From Ruditapes philippinarum (Eukaryota), in the NCBI RefSeq assembly GCF_026571515.1, contig NW_026860434.1, forward strand, positions 124,001 to 183,949: a stretch of DNA of 59,949 bases, in the 5' to 3' direction. Shown here in pieces: positions 12,801 to 24,700 of the stretch. Position 1 is the stretch's first letter. The number at the start of each line of letters is the position of its first letter. Below the pieces are notes generated by a model. It was given only the letters and a program-made list of their open reading frames with translations. It was not told where the DNA came from and did no database searches. The position numbers were made by a program, and so were the translations under genes.

Positions 12801-14620
12801 GGGTCCTTCAAAACTGGATTCTTCACAAGTGGAGAGTGGGAAACCTGTAAATAAACGACAGCCGCTGCGTTTCCAGTAGTGACAGCAGGTACATTTTAAG
12901 ACATTCCTCCTCCGATTTTCTTAAATTTAACTCTTTGTGGTTTGCCTTGAAAAAGTCGACATATAGCGGTTTCTTTTCTAGGCGGTGTTGGCGTCCAGTT
13001 AGTCTGGATACTAACTCAGTCACTATAGATTGACTCAAAACTTGGTATGTGACCTGAAGTGCAGAGCACAAAAATCGTTACTATGCAATTCTTTTTTTTT
13101 TGAGTTCTTGCCCTTTGTTAATTTTCATACTTTATTTTTGTCCAAACCATGCTCCCAAACTATAAAAGCTATGGACTTGAAACTTTATAGGATGATAGAT
13201 CTCATCGAGAAGGAATCCCCCCATTTTTGATTTAATGGGGAATTGAAATTCTGGTTAAAATTAAATTTTTTTTTTTCCAAAATCTAACAGTCGGATCAAT
13301 CTTTGATGTTTTGTTAAATGTATAGAAGGACACATGTTTATGTCACTTTGAAATAACAGTTTCTGTTAGTAAGAATTTTGGAATTAAGCAATAAGTATTG
13401 TACATTTTATCATTGAATATTTAAATTTACATTGTACATCACTGAAGACTTATGTTTTTTTGCATATCAGACAGGATTATTTACTGTTTACAAGTCTTGT
13501 GCTGTAAATGTTATTATTCCCATACACCTTATATAATTGAAGTGCTCTCTTAGGATGACATCATTTTGTCATTATGAAAGAAGTTGTAAGTTGTATTTGA
13601 TTCTATAAGAAAATATTGCATAATAAAAATATTAGTTTTCAAAAAAAAAATTCTGTTATAAGATTTATAAGTAATATGCAAGAAAAACAATCAAACAGTT
13701 GCTATTGTAACAGACAGGAATATCTAGCTCTGAGCAGGGTCTTTCAAATATTTCTATTTTAAAGAACCTGGTCTGAGATAACTGTTTTAGTGTTGCAAAT
13801 AGTTACCCTTGAACTAGATATTCTGGTCTGTACCGGCAGCCAATGTAAGATTCTAATAATGATGTTTTGGAATAAAATTGCTTAACATAAGCTTCCATAA
13901 GGTATATTATATATTCTTTGTTGTCCTTAAGGTTCTGTTAATATGCATGAAGGAAAGGGCCTCTATGACCTAGTAGATATGGTCGATGACATTGAACTTT
14001 TCCCCTCATTGCTGTGGGTTTGAATCCCACCATCGACTTATTTTGCTCTCATGTGAGCCAGCTGATAGCCGTTTCTTTTACTCAGGTGCCAGGTCAAACC
14101 TGAAATATTGCAGGAATGGGGCATCTGAGGTCTTCTTCACCATTTTAGTTGGAATGTCGCCTTAATTATGACCTTTGCATTATTTGTGTAGTTTTAAAAA
14201 AGTCAGCCAAATAAAAGGGGACAAAGTTATGAATGTATATTTGTATGCCAGTTATGTTTATCCCTTTAAACTAAGATGCCATTTATGTACAATCAGCCTT
14301 TTGTTTTTTCTAGTTCTGAAGATGAAAGACTTGCAGAAGCATCTGTGTCACATGACTTTGTGCTCCAGCAGAGTAACCTCCCCTACCTGACCAATCAGAA
14401 AGCAGCTGACATTATAATAAATCAAGCAGATCCACCTGGTGTGGCAAACAAGAACAATAATCCAACAGACAATTCAAATATTCATACCAAGATTAAATAT
14501 GACAGTGATATAGAAAAGACAAACAATGATCATATTGATAAAAACAAAGAAATTAGTGAATGTTCAATAAAGAAGCATAAAAAGAAAAAGAAGAAAAAGC
14601 ACAAAAAAGGAGTGGATTGA
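9792..14620 (+). CDS. CUSTOS: Protein CUSTOS (C12orf43 homologue), 6 exons
   Basis: Exons 9792-9897, 10725-10782, 11156-11260, 12165-12226, ~12768-12888 (indel errors) and 14314-14620. Motifs MAAP...SSSEDEE...FKEAV, PSKR, TTPGFRKHVSKKLSEALD, G(V)KLFS, SSSEDERLAEASVS and a Lys-rich tail follow the CUSTOS pattern (human TTPEFRAHVAKKLGALLD, recalled). Confidence 0.88.
10305..10688 (-). mobile_element. ~380-bp Helentron-like (HINE) element copy B, intact, in CUSTOS intron 1
   Basis: Reverse complement of 2500-2561 + 8679-8985; subTIRs ACGGGGAAGTC/GACTTCCCCGT and terminal hairpin AGGCAAAGCCT. Confidence 0.75.
10725..10782 (+). CDS. CUSTOS: CUSTOS exon 2
   Basis: tttttatttag acceptor; VQVKTDFHQTNDKERIPSKR; gtaaaa donor. 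Confidence 0.8.
11156..11260 (+). CDS. CUSTOS: CUSTOS exon 3
   Basis: PDKDISDADQFDNAYNTTPGFRKHVSKKLSEALD; AG/GT bounded. Confidence 0.9.
11581..11837. mobile_element. Sola-like palindromic MITE copy 1 (3' part garbled)
   Basis: Starts attt-GAGCCACGTCACGACAAAACCAACATAATG, as in the other four copies. Confidence 0.7.
12165..12226 (+). CDS. CUSTOS: CUSTOS exon 4
   Basis: ttttcag acceptor; VIDTSCEYFGKSVDNAEEDSG; gtaagt donor; in phase. Confidence 0.72.
12768..12888 (+). CDS. CUSTOS: CUSTOS exon 5 (frame broken by probable homopolymer errors)
   Basis: ttttttcgcag acceptor; reads GVKLFSSSK...KPVNKRQPLRSSSDS after removing extra homopolymer bases; phase-2 donor fits exon 6. Confidence 0.65.
13957..14205 (+). 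mobile_element. Degenerate tRNA-derived SINE
   Basis: B-box-like GGTTTGAATCCC at 14017, then body GGGGCATCTGAGGTCTTC(C/T)TC..CCA. The body recurs at ~15345, ~33330 and on the minus strand at ~26530, ~33010, ~49430. Confidence 0.6.
14314..14620 (+). CDS. CUSTOS: CUSTOS terminal exon
   Basis: ttttttctag acceptor; SEDERLAEASVSHDFVLQQS...KKHKKKKKKKHKKGVD*. Confidence 0.88.
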
Positions 14621-15475
14621 GGGAAATTGTTTGAAATTTTTATATTTTAAAATATACGAAGTTGTCAAACTGACACTTAAGTTATAGAAACTTTAATTCT
14701 ACTTCCCTTGTACGATTCACTTGAAAATTTCATACAATTTTCACAAGTGCTTGTAACCATAACCATGTGACAGTGACTGTGAAAGTGTCTGTAACTTCCC
14801 AGCTAAATTTTGCAGAAGTTCAAATTTCTGGAAATTATTTATAAATACTATTTAATGGAAGTTTCCAATGTAGGAATCAAACATACTTTGCAAGACATTT
14901 CATAGGTCTGATTTCTCATAATGTTTTAAACCGACTACGAGGACTTTTTTCCACATATGCTGCACAATGCTGATCTGTTTCAAATGCAAGTTTGAAATAT
15001 TACGACAGAAATCATGGTTGTATAGGTGTTTGACTAAAATTGGTCAACTTTAACCATGTGAACAACAACTACATGGAATAAACATGAAATTACTGTGAAA
15101 TAATGATGATGTGACTTTTATGATTTAGCCTATAGCTGCTCTATTTCAATATTTTCATATGAATTCCCTAAAACAGTTGACAGTTAAAATGTCAAAGCAG
15201 GACAAGTCTATTTAAACAATATGAGCAGATAAAGTAGAAGTGTCACAAAGAGACATATAAACATGGATATCTATCAATAATAAAGTATATAAAGAATGTC
15301 AGTGGATCTACTCTGGTGCCCATGCCTGCTTGAACTTATGCACAGAGGGGCATCTGAGGTCTTCCTCCACCAGTACAGCTGGAAAGTGACCATATGACCT
15401 CTACTGTGTTGATGCAACATAAAACTCAACAACAAAATATTAAAACAGAAAAATGTTGTTATTTCCTAATACGAT

Positions 15476-15493
15476 TTTATTTTATTCAATAAA
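15476..15493. terminator. Back-to-back polyadenylation signals between convergent CUSTOS and NLE1
   Basis: TTTATT at 15476 and 15481 (AATAAA on -) directly beside AATAAA at 15488 (+). Confidence 0.45.
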
Positions 15494-15734
15494 AATGTCA
15501 TTTAAAATGACAAATATCAGTAAACATGTGAAATTCTTGCATCCATCTGGGACAAGAAATATTTATTTTTTGTTCAAGCATCTGTAGAACTTTTTGTTAC
15601 ATAAATCTTTTCCAGGACCGGTGTTAATGTCTTAATTTCTTGGTATCACAAATTTCCCATGGTCCATCATATGCAAGCACTGAGTAAGATGTTTTGTATG
15701 CCAAGTTTTCCTAATTACACCTGTAATTGTCACC

Positions 15735-15747
15735 TCATTTTCTCCAA
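15735..15747 (-). CDS. NLE1: NLE1 last coding exon
   Basis: ttcag|T TGG AGA AAA TGA = (I)WRK*. Confidence 0.85.
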
Positions 15748-18700
15748 CTGAAATGTATATATCAACTTTTAATGACCAAAATATTTTAAATGTCTCTACA
15801 ATGGGTTTTCTAACTGTCTATAGAAAGATTTATTGTAATATGAGCATGCACTTACACCTTTTTTTCAATTATATGCCGTTAAAATTTTGTATGAAATTCC
15901 AAGTGTTTATTCAAAACTTGTAGAAATACACCAATGATGTCCAAATAGGAATTTATTTTTCATTCAATTGTGCATCATTGTGTAACAAGTTCTTGCAACT
16001 TAATAATTAATGCTTCTTCAAGGACTGACAGGTTTTGTTATTATATGACAAAATACAGCCATGACTTGAGTAGGATTTAAACTCTCAGTTCCTAAGATTA
16101 GAGGCAAATTTTTTAACCATTAAACAAGGAACAAGAAAGTTTATACAGATCTTTGGTCTACTTTGAACCTGTTACTCAAAGACACATTTTACACATAACA
16201 AAATAATTAATCTTTACATATTCTACTTTTCTTAAAATTTAATTAATAACAACTGTAAATATTAGTTCAAATATATTTGTTTTCAGGCCATTGTGGTAAA
16301 AATTTGTAGCATATTTGAATCACTCTCTTGCTTTCTTTGAACTTTATCTGTATTTGTGTAATAAGGAAACATGGCTGTGTTCCTTGTGGGGTTCGAACCC
16401 ATAATTCTCAGACTGACATGCAGACACCAGAATCACCAAGCCTTATCTCCCCTTATAGCCATAAAACTTGGGGACGACAGGTCACAAAATATTTTGAATA
16501 TTACCTATGAAATTATGAATGCATATTTTGATAATTACAGAGTGGATGAAAACATTTTACATATCTTACATTTTCAAAACCTTGTCCTTGCCACCACTGA
16601 CCACTCTTTGACCATCTGGACTCCAGTCAACAGCATAAACCTAAAAATATTCAATTTTCATCAATGTCTTTTGAGGTTTATTTCTCTTGAAAATTGATTT
16701 AAATAATTATTTTATATTAGACCTCAGATATGTAAATTTAATTCTTCTTAAGAAAGGGCAAATTTTTTATTTATGCTGTTTGAATAATGGATTTAAACAT
16801 GTTATATAATATGCTTGTCATGTGAAGAAAGAGACCTGCAGCTTTACACTTACAATGCTAAACTACTTAAGTAGACTTGTCCATCTTTAAAATTAAGTAC
16901 TGATTCAGACAAAACCATTTTAGGGAAAATTTCAAAATTAAGTACTGATTCAGACGAAACCATTTTTGGGAAAATTTTAAAATTAAGTACTGATTCAGAC
17001 AAAACCATTTTAGGGAAAATTTCAAAATTAAGTACTGATTCAGACAAAACCATTTTAGGGATAACTTCAAAATTAAGTACTGATTCAGACAAAACCATTT
17101 TCGGGAAAATTTCAAAATTAAGTACTGATGCAGAAAAAAACATTTTAGGGAAAATTTCAAAATTAAGTACTGACTGAATAGCAAACAGTGCAGACCATAA
17201 TTGAATGGCACAATATCCCAAATGACCTTGATCTGCACTGACTGGTTACAGTTACCTACAGCATGGTCAAGGTTAAATGCTTTAGCATGCTAAGATAAAT
17301 TATAATAATCAACTTAATAAATGCTATATTTTCATTTATTTATTATTCTTCCATCATGCCATATATTCAAATACAATCACAGATGAGTTATGTCCCTTTA
17401 AATAATAATGTATGTAGGAGTAATCTCCCCTTACCTCATCAGCATGGCCGGGTAAATCAAAAAGAAGTTTTTTCGTTTTCAAGTCCCAAACTTTCAGCGT
17501 AGAATCAGAGCTGCCACTACACAACAATCTGCTATCAGCCGACCATGACACCTGATATACACGACTAACATGGCCACGTAATGTAGTGATGAACCTGAAA
17601 TAGTTTAAAACATTGTAGGAAGATGCTAGAAACTGGTATCAGTATTTCAAATCTTACATGAATATTCAGATTTTAAAACACAGTGATTTCATGTCTACAT
17701 TTCAATTACAGCAGCATGCCTTCAGAATCATGTTAATTTTCACGAAAAATTTGAAAATGTATAAAAAATTGAACAAAAAAAAGTAATTTACACATTGCAA
17801 ACAGCACTTTCAAAATCCACGTAAATTACCAAATTAAGGTCATAATGTGCAAAAATAGCCCTTACTCCATTAGTCACATAGTAGAAATATGGTGATAAAT
17901 ACTGCAAACATTTTAGAGCATGTCAGATGCTTATCACATGAAGAAAGTAGTGTTAAATGTGATACTATTATTTGTCACAAAAGTATACATATATCAAAGA
18001 ATGAGTCTCAAAAAAAGGGGCTCCAATGGACAATAGCATAAATTCCATTTTGCTTTTTGACAATTTTTTTTCAAGTCTGTCAGGAACAAGAGTCCCCTAA
18101 TTAGACAAAAACCAACTACAGTAAGATGAAAAAAGTATTCGTTAATATGGGAGATAACGTCATAACGTTATTACCGAGAGATTACTTTCCCTTGCACCAT
18201 AACGATTTTAAATGACCTTGGTTGTTTATTGTGTAGTCTATTTATAGATAAATTATTGGAAAAACATGATGACGTAAAATTATGCTAGAAAAACGTCACT
18301 GAATGTTTACTTCTGCGCTTATTTTGAAATGGGTAGAAAAGGTTCAGAATTGACCATTGTGTAAAAAATATTGCTGTTTGTATGTATTAATGATGGAATG
18401 TCAATAGCAGAAATTTCGAGAACTCTACAGAAACCTCACAGTACCATTTTCATCTGTTTTAAAAAAAATTCAAATCATCAGGATCAGTGGAAAATTTACA
18501 AAAGATCAGGCCGACCTCGATTAGTGACAGACAGAGATTATCGCCATCTTGAAAGGACTGTGAAGTGCAAATCGTCGGGGCTTCATTAGCAGACATAACA
18601 AGTAAATTTAATGAGGGGAGATCAAAGCCAGTTTGTAAAAGAACTGTTTTCAAAATCATTTACATAAACATGGATTTTTCTAAAAGAAGTGAGTAAGAAA

Positions 18701-21700
18701 AGAGTTATTGTGTCAAAAGATGAATAGAGCAAAGCGCCTTTCTTGGTGTAGAGAGAAAAGAAGGTCTAAAGTAGTAGGTGAATGGGATCGTGTGATATTT
18801 TTCTGATGAAAGTCAAGTTGTTAATAGGCAGTGACAATAGCGTTTTGATATGGAGGAAGCGTGACGAAGGGTATAGACCAGATTTATTGACTCCGAAATC
18901 TTTCCAATAACAAGAAGGTGATCAAAGTGATGATATGGGGTGTGTCACTTGGCATGGTGTTGGTACTCTAGCGAAAGTCAGTGGTAACATTAATGCTAAA
19001 AAATATGAGGAAATTTTAGAAGAAAATCTTTGGCCAGTTATTGCTCGTCATTTTCCCGATAACTCTTACACTTTTCAGGACGACAACGCACCTGTTCATC
19101 GTGCACACAGTGTCAATCTTTATAAGACCAGAAACGGTATTAAATCCATGTTTTGGCCAGCACAATCACCTGATTTAAACATAATTGAAAATATCTGGTT
19201 ATATATTAAACGAAAACTTTCAAACAGTACAGTTATCATAAACAGTGAGCAGATATTATTTGACAAAAATTTTCGGATCTGGCAAGAGATTACACCCGCC
19301 TATGTTCAAAGCCTGTACAAGTCTATACCACGGAGAATTATGCAGGTTATAAAGGTTCAAAGGGCATTTAACTAAGTATTAAGGTTAGTAAACCGAGTTT
19401 AAAAGTTAGTTTACTAGTTCAGTTAATGTTAAAACCAAGTTTTAAGTTATGTATATAAAAGACAGAAAATCCAATATGGCCGCCAAATCACGAATACTTT
19501 TTTCATCTTTCTGTAGCTTACAAAAATTTGAAAATAATTGGTGCTACATGAAATAATTGTTACTTCAAAAGGGGCCCTTTTGGGGGGGGGGTTTTCCCCC
19601 CCCCCCAAAATTGGGGGGGATCAAAATTTTAAAAAATTTTTTAAAAAATCAAAACAGTTTAAAAAAATCCTTGTCCCGAAATGCCCTGGACGTGGCCCCG
19701 GGGCCCCGGGCCCTTTGGCCCCTAAACTGATGGCAAAAAACCATCCCCTTTTTAAAAACCCCGCGGGGGGGGGGGGCCCCACAAAAAATTAAAACCCTTA
19801 ACCCTTTTCCCCCCTCCCCCATCCCCCCCAAAATTTTAAATTGGGTTTTTTTTAAAAGAAAAAAACCTTGGGGGTTTTTTTGGGTTTTTTCTCCCCGGGG
19901 GGGGGGGGAGAAAATTCCGGGACTCCTTTAAAAAGTTTGCTGGTTTCCCCGGTTTCCCCCTTTTTGGCCCAAAGGGTTCTTGGGTTTTTGGGGCCCCCTG
20001 GTTTACCCTTAAAAAAAGTTTAAAACCCCCTCTGAAAACCCGGGAAACCCGCCCCCCCCTCAGCCCAGCACCCTGGGGGGGGGGAAAAGGAAAAAAAAAT
20101 TAAATTTTTGGGGGAATTTTTAATTTTGTTTTTTAAAAAATTTATATAAAAAAAATTTTTTATAGACATTAAAAATTTTGGGGTTTATAAATTTAAAAGC
20201 CCCAAACCCCCAAAGGGTGCTGCCGGGAAAAAGTAAAATTTGGTTTGGGAAAATTTTAATCCTAAACCGGGATATAGGGCCTTTAAGGAAAAAACAAAGC
20301 CATACCTGCCCCACTTTATCTGAAAGGTTTATTTTTCACTAACCCAAATGCTGCAAATAAATCCCGTTATGTAAAAACAATTCCCCGGGGGCCCCCTGGT
20401 TTTCCCCCAAACCAAATTTAAAGGACCCCCTTTTTCAAACATTAAGAATATATAAAAAATATTAAATTTATATACTTTTTTTTTTTCCAACCAACAAACT
20501 CACCAAATAAAAATAGGCAAACGCTTCACTATAAAAGGAATTAATACACTCCCAACAAATATTCATGATCAGAGGCCTCGAAGGCTTACAAATTTACAAA
20601 ATACTTAAATTAACTTAACATTAAGCAATCAAATTGTATCCTGTTTCTAAAAACCCCTTGTTTCCTGAATTTTTTCCATCCAAATCTTTTTTGAAAAGTA
20701 AAAAATGATATTTTTTGGTTTGGGTTATTGGGCCCAGTGGGTAAATAATGTTTAATTTATTAAATTTTTTTCAATCCTCTTTACTATATTTCAACCCCCT
20801 TTGGCTACATCATCACTGAAGCATTAATACTTAGTAGGTAATAAATTTCAATAAAGTTTTTTTTTGAAATTAACAATCGTAAATTCAAAAGGTTTTTTTG
20901 AAAGATTTAAAAGTTATTAACATTTAGTTTAAAGTTTTTAACTATTAGAATTTTAATTTCCACAGTTAATTTTTTTAAAAATTTAAAAAGATTTTAAACT
21001 TTTTGAAAGTAAAGTTTGAAAAATATAAAACCCTTTAATTTTTTTGGGTTTAAAATTAAAATTGAAAAGTAGGGAGTTAAACATTGAAAAGTTTTTTGTA
21101 GAATAAACCCGGAAAAAAGTTTTGGTTAAAGGGAATTTTAAAAAACCTTGGGGTGTAGGGGACAAAAAACCCTTGGAAAGTTGTAAGGGTATTTAAAACC
21201 CTTTAAAGGGTTTTGGGAAAAATTTTAAAAATTGAATGTATGGTTAAAAAATAAAAAAACCTTGGGAAAAAGTATGTTTAAAAATTATATTTAAACCCTT
21301 TAATTTTAAAGAAAAACATAAAACCTTTAATGTAGTAAGATAAAACCTTGGGAAATTTTTAAAATATAAAACCCCTTGGAAAAAAATTTAAAAGGGTTAT
21401 TTAAAAATTGGGTGGGATGTAGAATATTTAAAACCCTTTGAAAATGTAGTATGTAGTATATAAAACCTTGAATGTATGAAAAACATAAAACCTTGAAAGT
21501 ATGTTTAGAAAAACCTTCATGTATGTAAATAATAAAACCTTTGATGTATTGTAGATATATAAATCCTTTGAATGTATAAAGACATAAACCTTTAAATGTA
21601 TGTATTGACAATGGAATGTAAAAAGGTTATAAGCTCTATTATTTAAATCACTTAAATTGTTTTAAGAAATTTCCATAAATTTTTATATAAATTAAGATAC

Positions 21701-24700
21701 ATTCTTTTTTTAAAAATGACCCTTTATTAAAAAATTTGAATTTAAATATCATGAACCACACACAATTTGAAGGCCAGACTAACATCTGTAAACAAAGTTG
21801 TGTTGACCACCAGAACGAAAAAAATAGTCTGAAAGAAATAATTCTGCACGGGAGATTTTTTTTAAGACGTTAAGGGAAAATAATTTCACCTGTGGCACAG
21901 TTTTGGGGATATAAATCACCGCCTCCCGTATAAACATTAACCATAAAATAACAATTATTTCATAAGCAAAAAAGACGATTGACCGCATTTACGTCAGAAG
22001 TGGTGGTTAAATTGAAATATGTTGTTTTGTTAGTGTCTCAAAGATAATGTGAGTAAGAGGAATTATGGGTAAGTTGGTTAATAGTTTGTTGGACAAGGAA
22101 ACCTTTTTTTATGAAATAATTTTTTGATTATTCTTTATAGGCCATCAACCAGTTTAAATTTTTTGTTTATTTTTTTTTTTAAATTATTACATGATTTTCA
22201 ACATTGTTAATGATTAATATCTCAAGTTAAAAACTGAGCAGAATTTAACATTTCTAAACCTAATATTTAACATGAAAAATCAATAATGTGAGTCATGAAT
22301 TAAATTCTTGATTGAAATAAAAAACTTGTTAAAATCTTTTTTTTTTATAAAGTTCGATTAGATTAAAATACATTATTAAATGATTTAAATATTTGTGGCC
22401 ATAGTAACAGCATATACCACAGATTAGATTAATATGTCACACAATAAGGACAAGTTTTTTGTTTTTCAATTCAAAATATTTCAATATTGCCATATTTCAT
22501 TATCTAACAACACTATTTTTTATAAATTTTCTATTCAAAATATATCAATATTGCCATATATTTCATTATCTAACAACACTATTTTTTTTATAAATTTTCT
22601 ATTTAAAATATATCAATATTGCCATATATTTCATTATCTAACAACACTATTTTTTAATTTTTTATTTAAAAAAAATATCAATTTTTGCCCCCTATTTTTC
22701 CCTTTTAAAACCAAAAAATGATCAAGAAAAAAAATTCCAACTTTTGGGTTTTTCATATGTTTTCCCTTTCATTGCCCGATGGGATGGGTTTACAAATGTT
22801 TTTAAAATTCCCGGGGTTCTATAAATTGATTTTACAGCGGGAAAAAATTTAAAACCATGAAACCAAAAGACCCGCTTTGGAGCCCGGGTTTCCCGACAGG
22901 GTCAAAACCGCAGGCGGAAAAATTTTCCCATCAACCCACATAAAGTATTCCCCCTCATTTCCAAAGCCCCGTATGGGTTTTTTTGTTTCCCTCGTATTTT
23001 TGTCCTTGGAAAATTGGGGGAAAATCACCAAAAGACCCGTTTTTTATTTTAGAAATTTCATTTTTGGAAAGGGGGGGCCCAGTTTTTCGGCCTCTGACCC
23101 AAAATCGATAAAAGGGAATTGCTCCTAACTACTGCAGTAGGATCGCTTGCAATTGTGTTTGAAGTGCTTAATATAACTCGTGACATATGCAGCGGAAAAC
23201 CATGGGTCGACCTTGACCTGGATTCAGCATTAGTTGTTTGGATAAATGAAATACCCACACTTTCCGTAACGTTTGCTATAAGCCTTTGCCACAGTGAACC
23301 AATCAGCTATTTCCAGCTAACAAAATGTTTGATTGTAATAACATCTGTTATTTTACGCATTGTTGTCCCTCTTGTTCGTCTATATTTAGAACAAGGGGAA
23401 GAATCTCTGCAAAACCCATTCAGGAAATCTATTTATAAATTTGTGACAACTGTTGGATTATGTTTGGCATTGTGTGGAGCAGTAACAATTTTTACTTTCA
23501 CTCATGTTATTGCACTGGATGAGAGACAATTCAAATTTAAAATGCCGCACGAAATCTGGACTGGCAAATCATCTTTCGAGGAATACTTTGAAGATGTTGG
23601 TATTTATTTAAATCACAAAGACTTTAAAACATTCAAAGATGATGAAATATGGCTGAAACTAGCAGACATTGATGAATTTTATGGTGTTGACAGTATTAGT
23701 GTCAAGGTCACTTTTACTTTATCGTCTGATAGAAAAATTAAGAAACTAGTATTAAACAGTTATAATTCCACGGAGCAAAGATTCCGAGAATGTTATAATC
23801 TTGCCAAATCAGACAACGATGTGTATCAGTATTCATATGTAGAGAACTGTTCCTTTTCATTTATTACCTCAAAAGAATCCCAAGAGAAACTTTTGTTCAA
23901 ATTTGTTTTCCATCGTCCAAGAAGGCATCTTTTACTTGGTGACATCTTCTTTCATGTGAAAAATATAAAAAATTCTGTGTGCTATAATATTACAGGAAAC
24001 AATACTTATTTGTATGAGAAAATAAGGAACAAACCTACAGTTATTGGTCAAATATTGTATATGAAGCAGGAAACCAGTCTACGGTCAAGTCATAGACTTG
24101 TTCACCGAAATATATCATCTAACCAGTCTACAAACAGTCTTCTATTTGAAGCAGATCACTACATGAAAACAGCAGAAGAGATTTGGAAGACTGGTGTATA
24201 TGGCTGTGAATGCTCGGGAAAACATGGACCAACAACAGATGAAAACATAACATTGGCATGCTAATACACAGTTGCAGAAGAACACTTAACATACAAACAC
24301 CGAAATGTGAAATATGCAAATTAAAAACGTTAAATGCGAATAATTGCAAGAATAATTCACACTGTTTTAAAGAGGTTCAGTATAAACTCTGTCTGTTATA
24401 TGCATTGTGGTATAATTTTATAATCTGTTCTGTATCATGGTAAAATTGCTCTATCTGTTCTGACAGAAGACATTGAAATTAACTATGGATTGGTGTCAAG
24501 ATATATTTGACTGACTATAATGTGTCACAAAGTAGCACATGCTGAGTAAAACCCATTATTTCCTTCACAGATATACTTTATTCTTTAGATATATAACAAT
24601 TTTAGTATTTTTTATTACTTTTTTGTAAGGTCTGTCTTTTATTTGAAGTCATGGGTGTTAATAGCAATCAAGTGAAACTTTGACATATGTAATAGAAACT

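Noticed and set aside
16850-17238. 123-aa repetitive ORFs
   Set aside because: Translation of the 45-bp minisatellite inside an NLE1 intron
20655-20700. Possible relic of the missing NLE1 exon (minus strand resembles L-D-G-K-x-S-G)
   Set aside because: Match too short and the sequence too noisy to support
19530-21500. G/C-run-rich tract suggesting G-quadruplexes or foreign DNA, with several ORFs
   Set aside because: All four bases show homopolymer inflation, typical of unpolished long-read consensus; the same pattern corrupts a known MITE copy at 11620-11840
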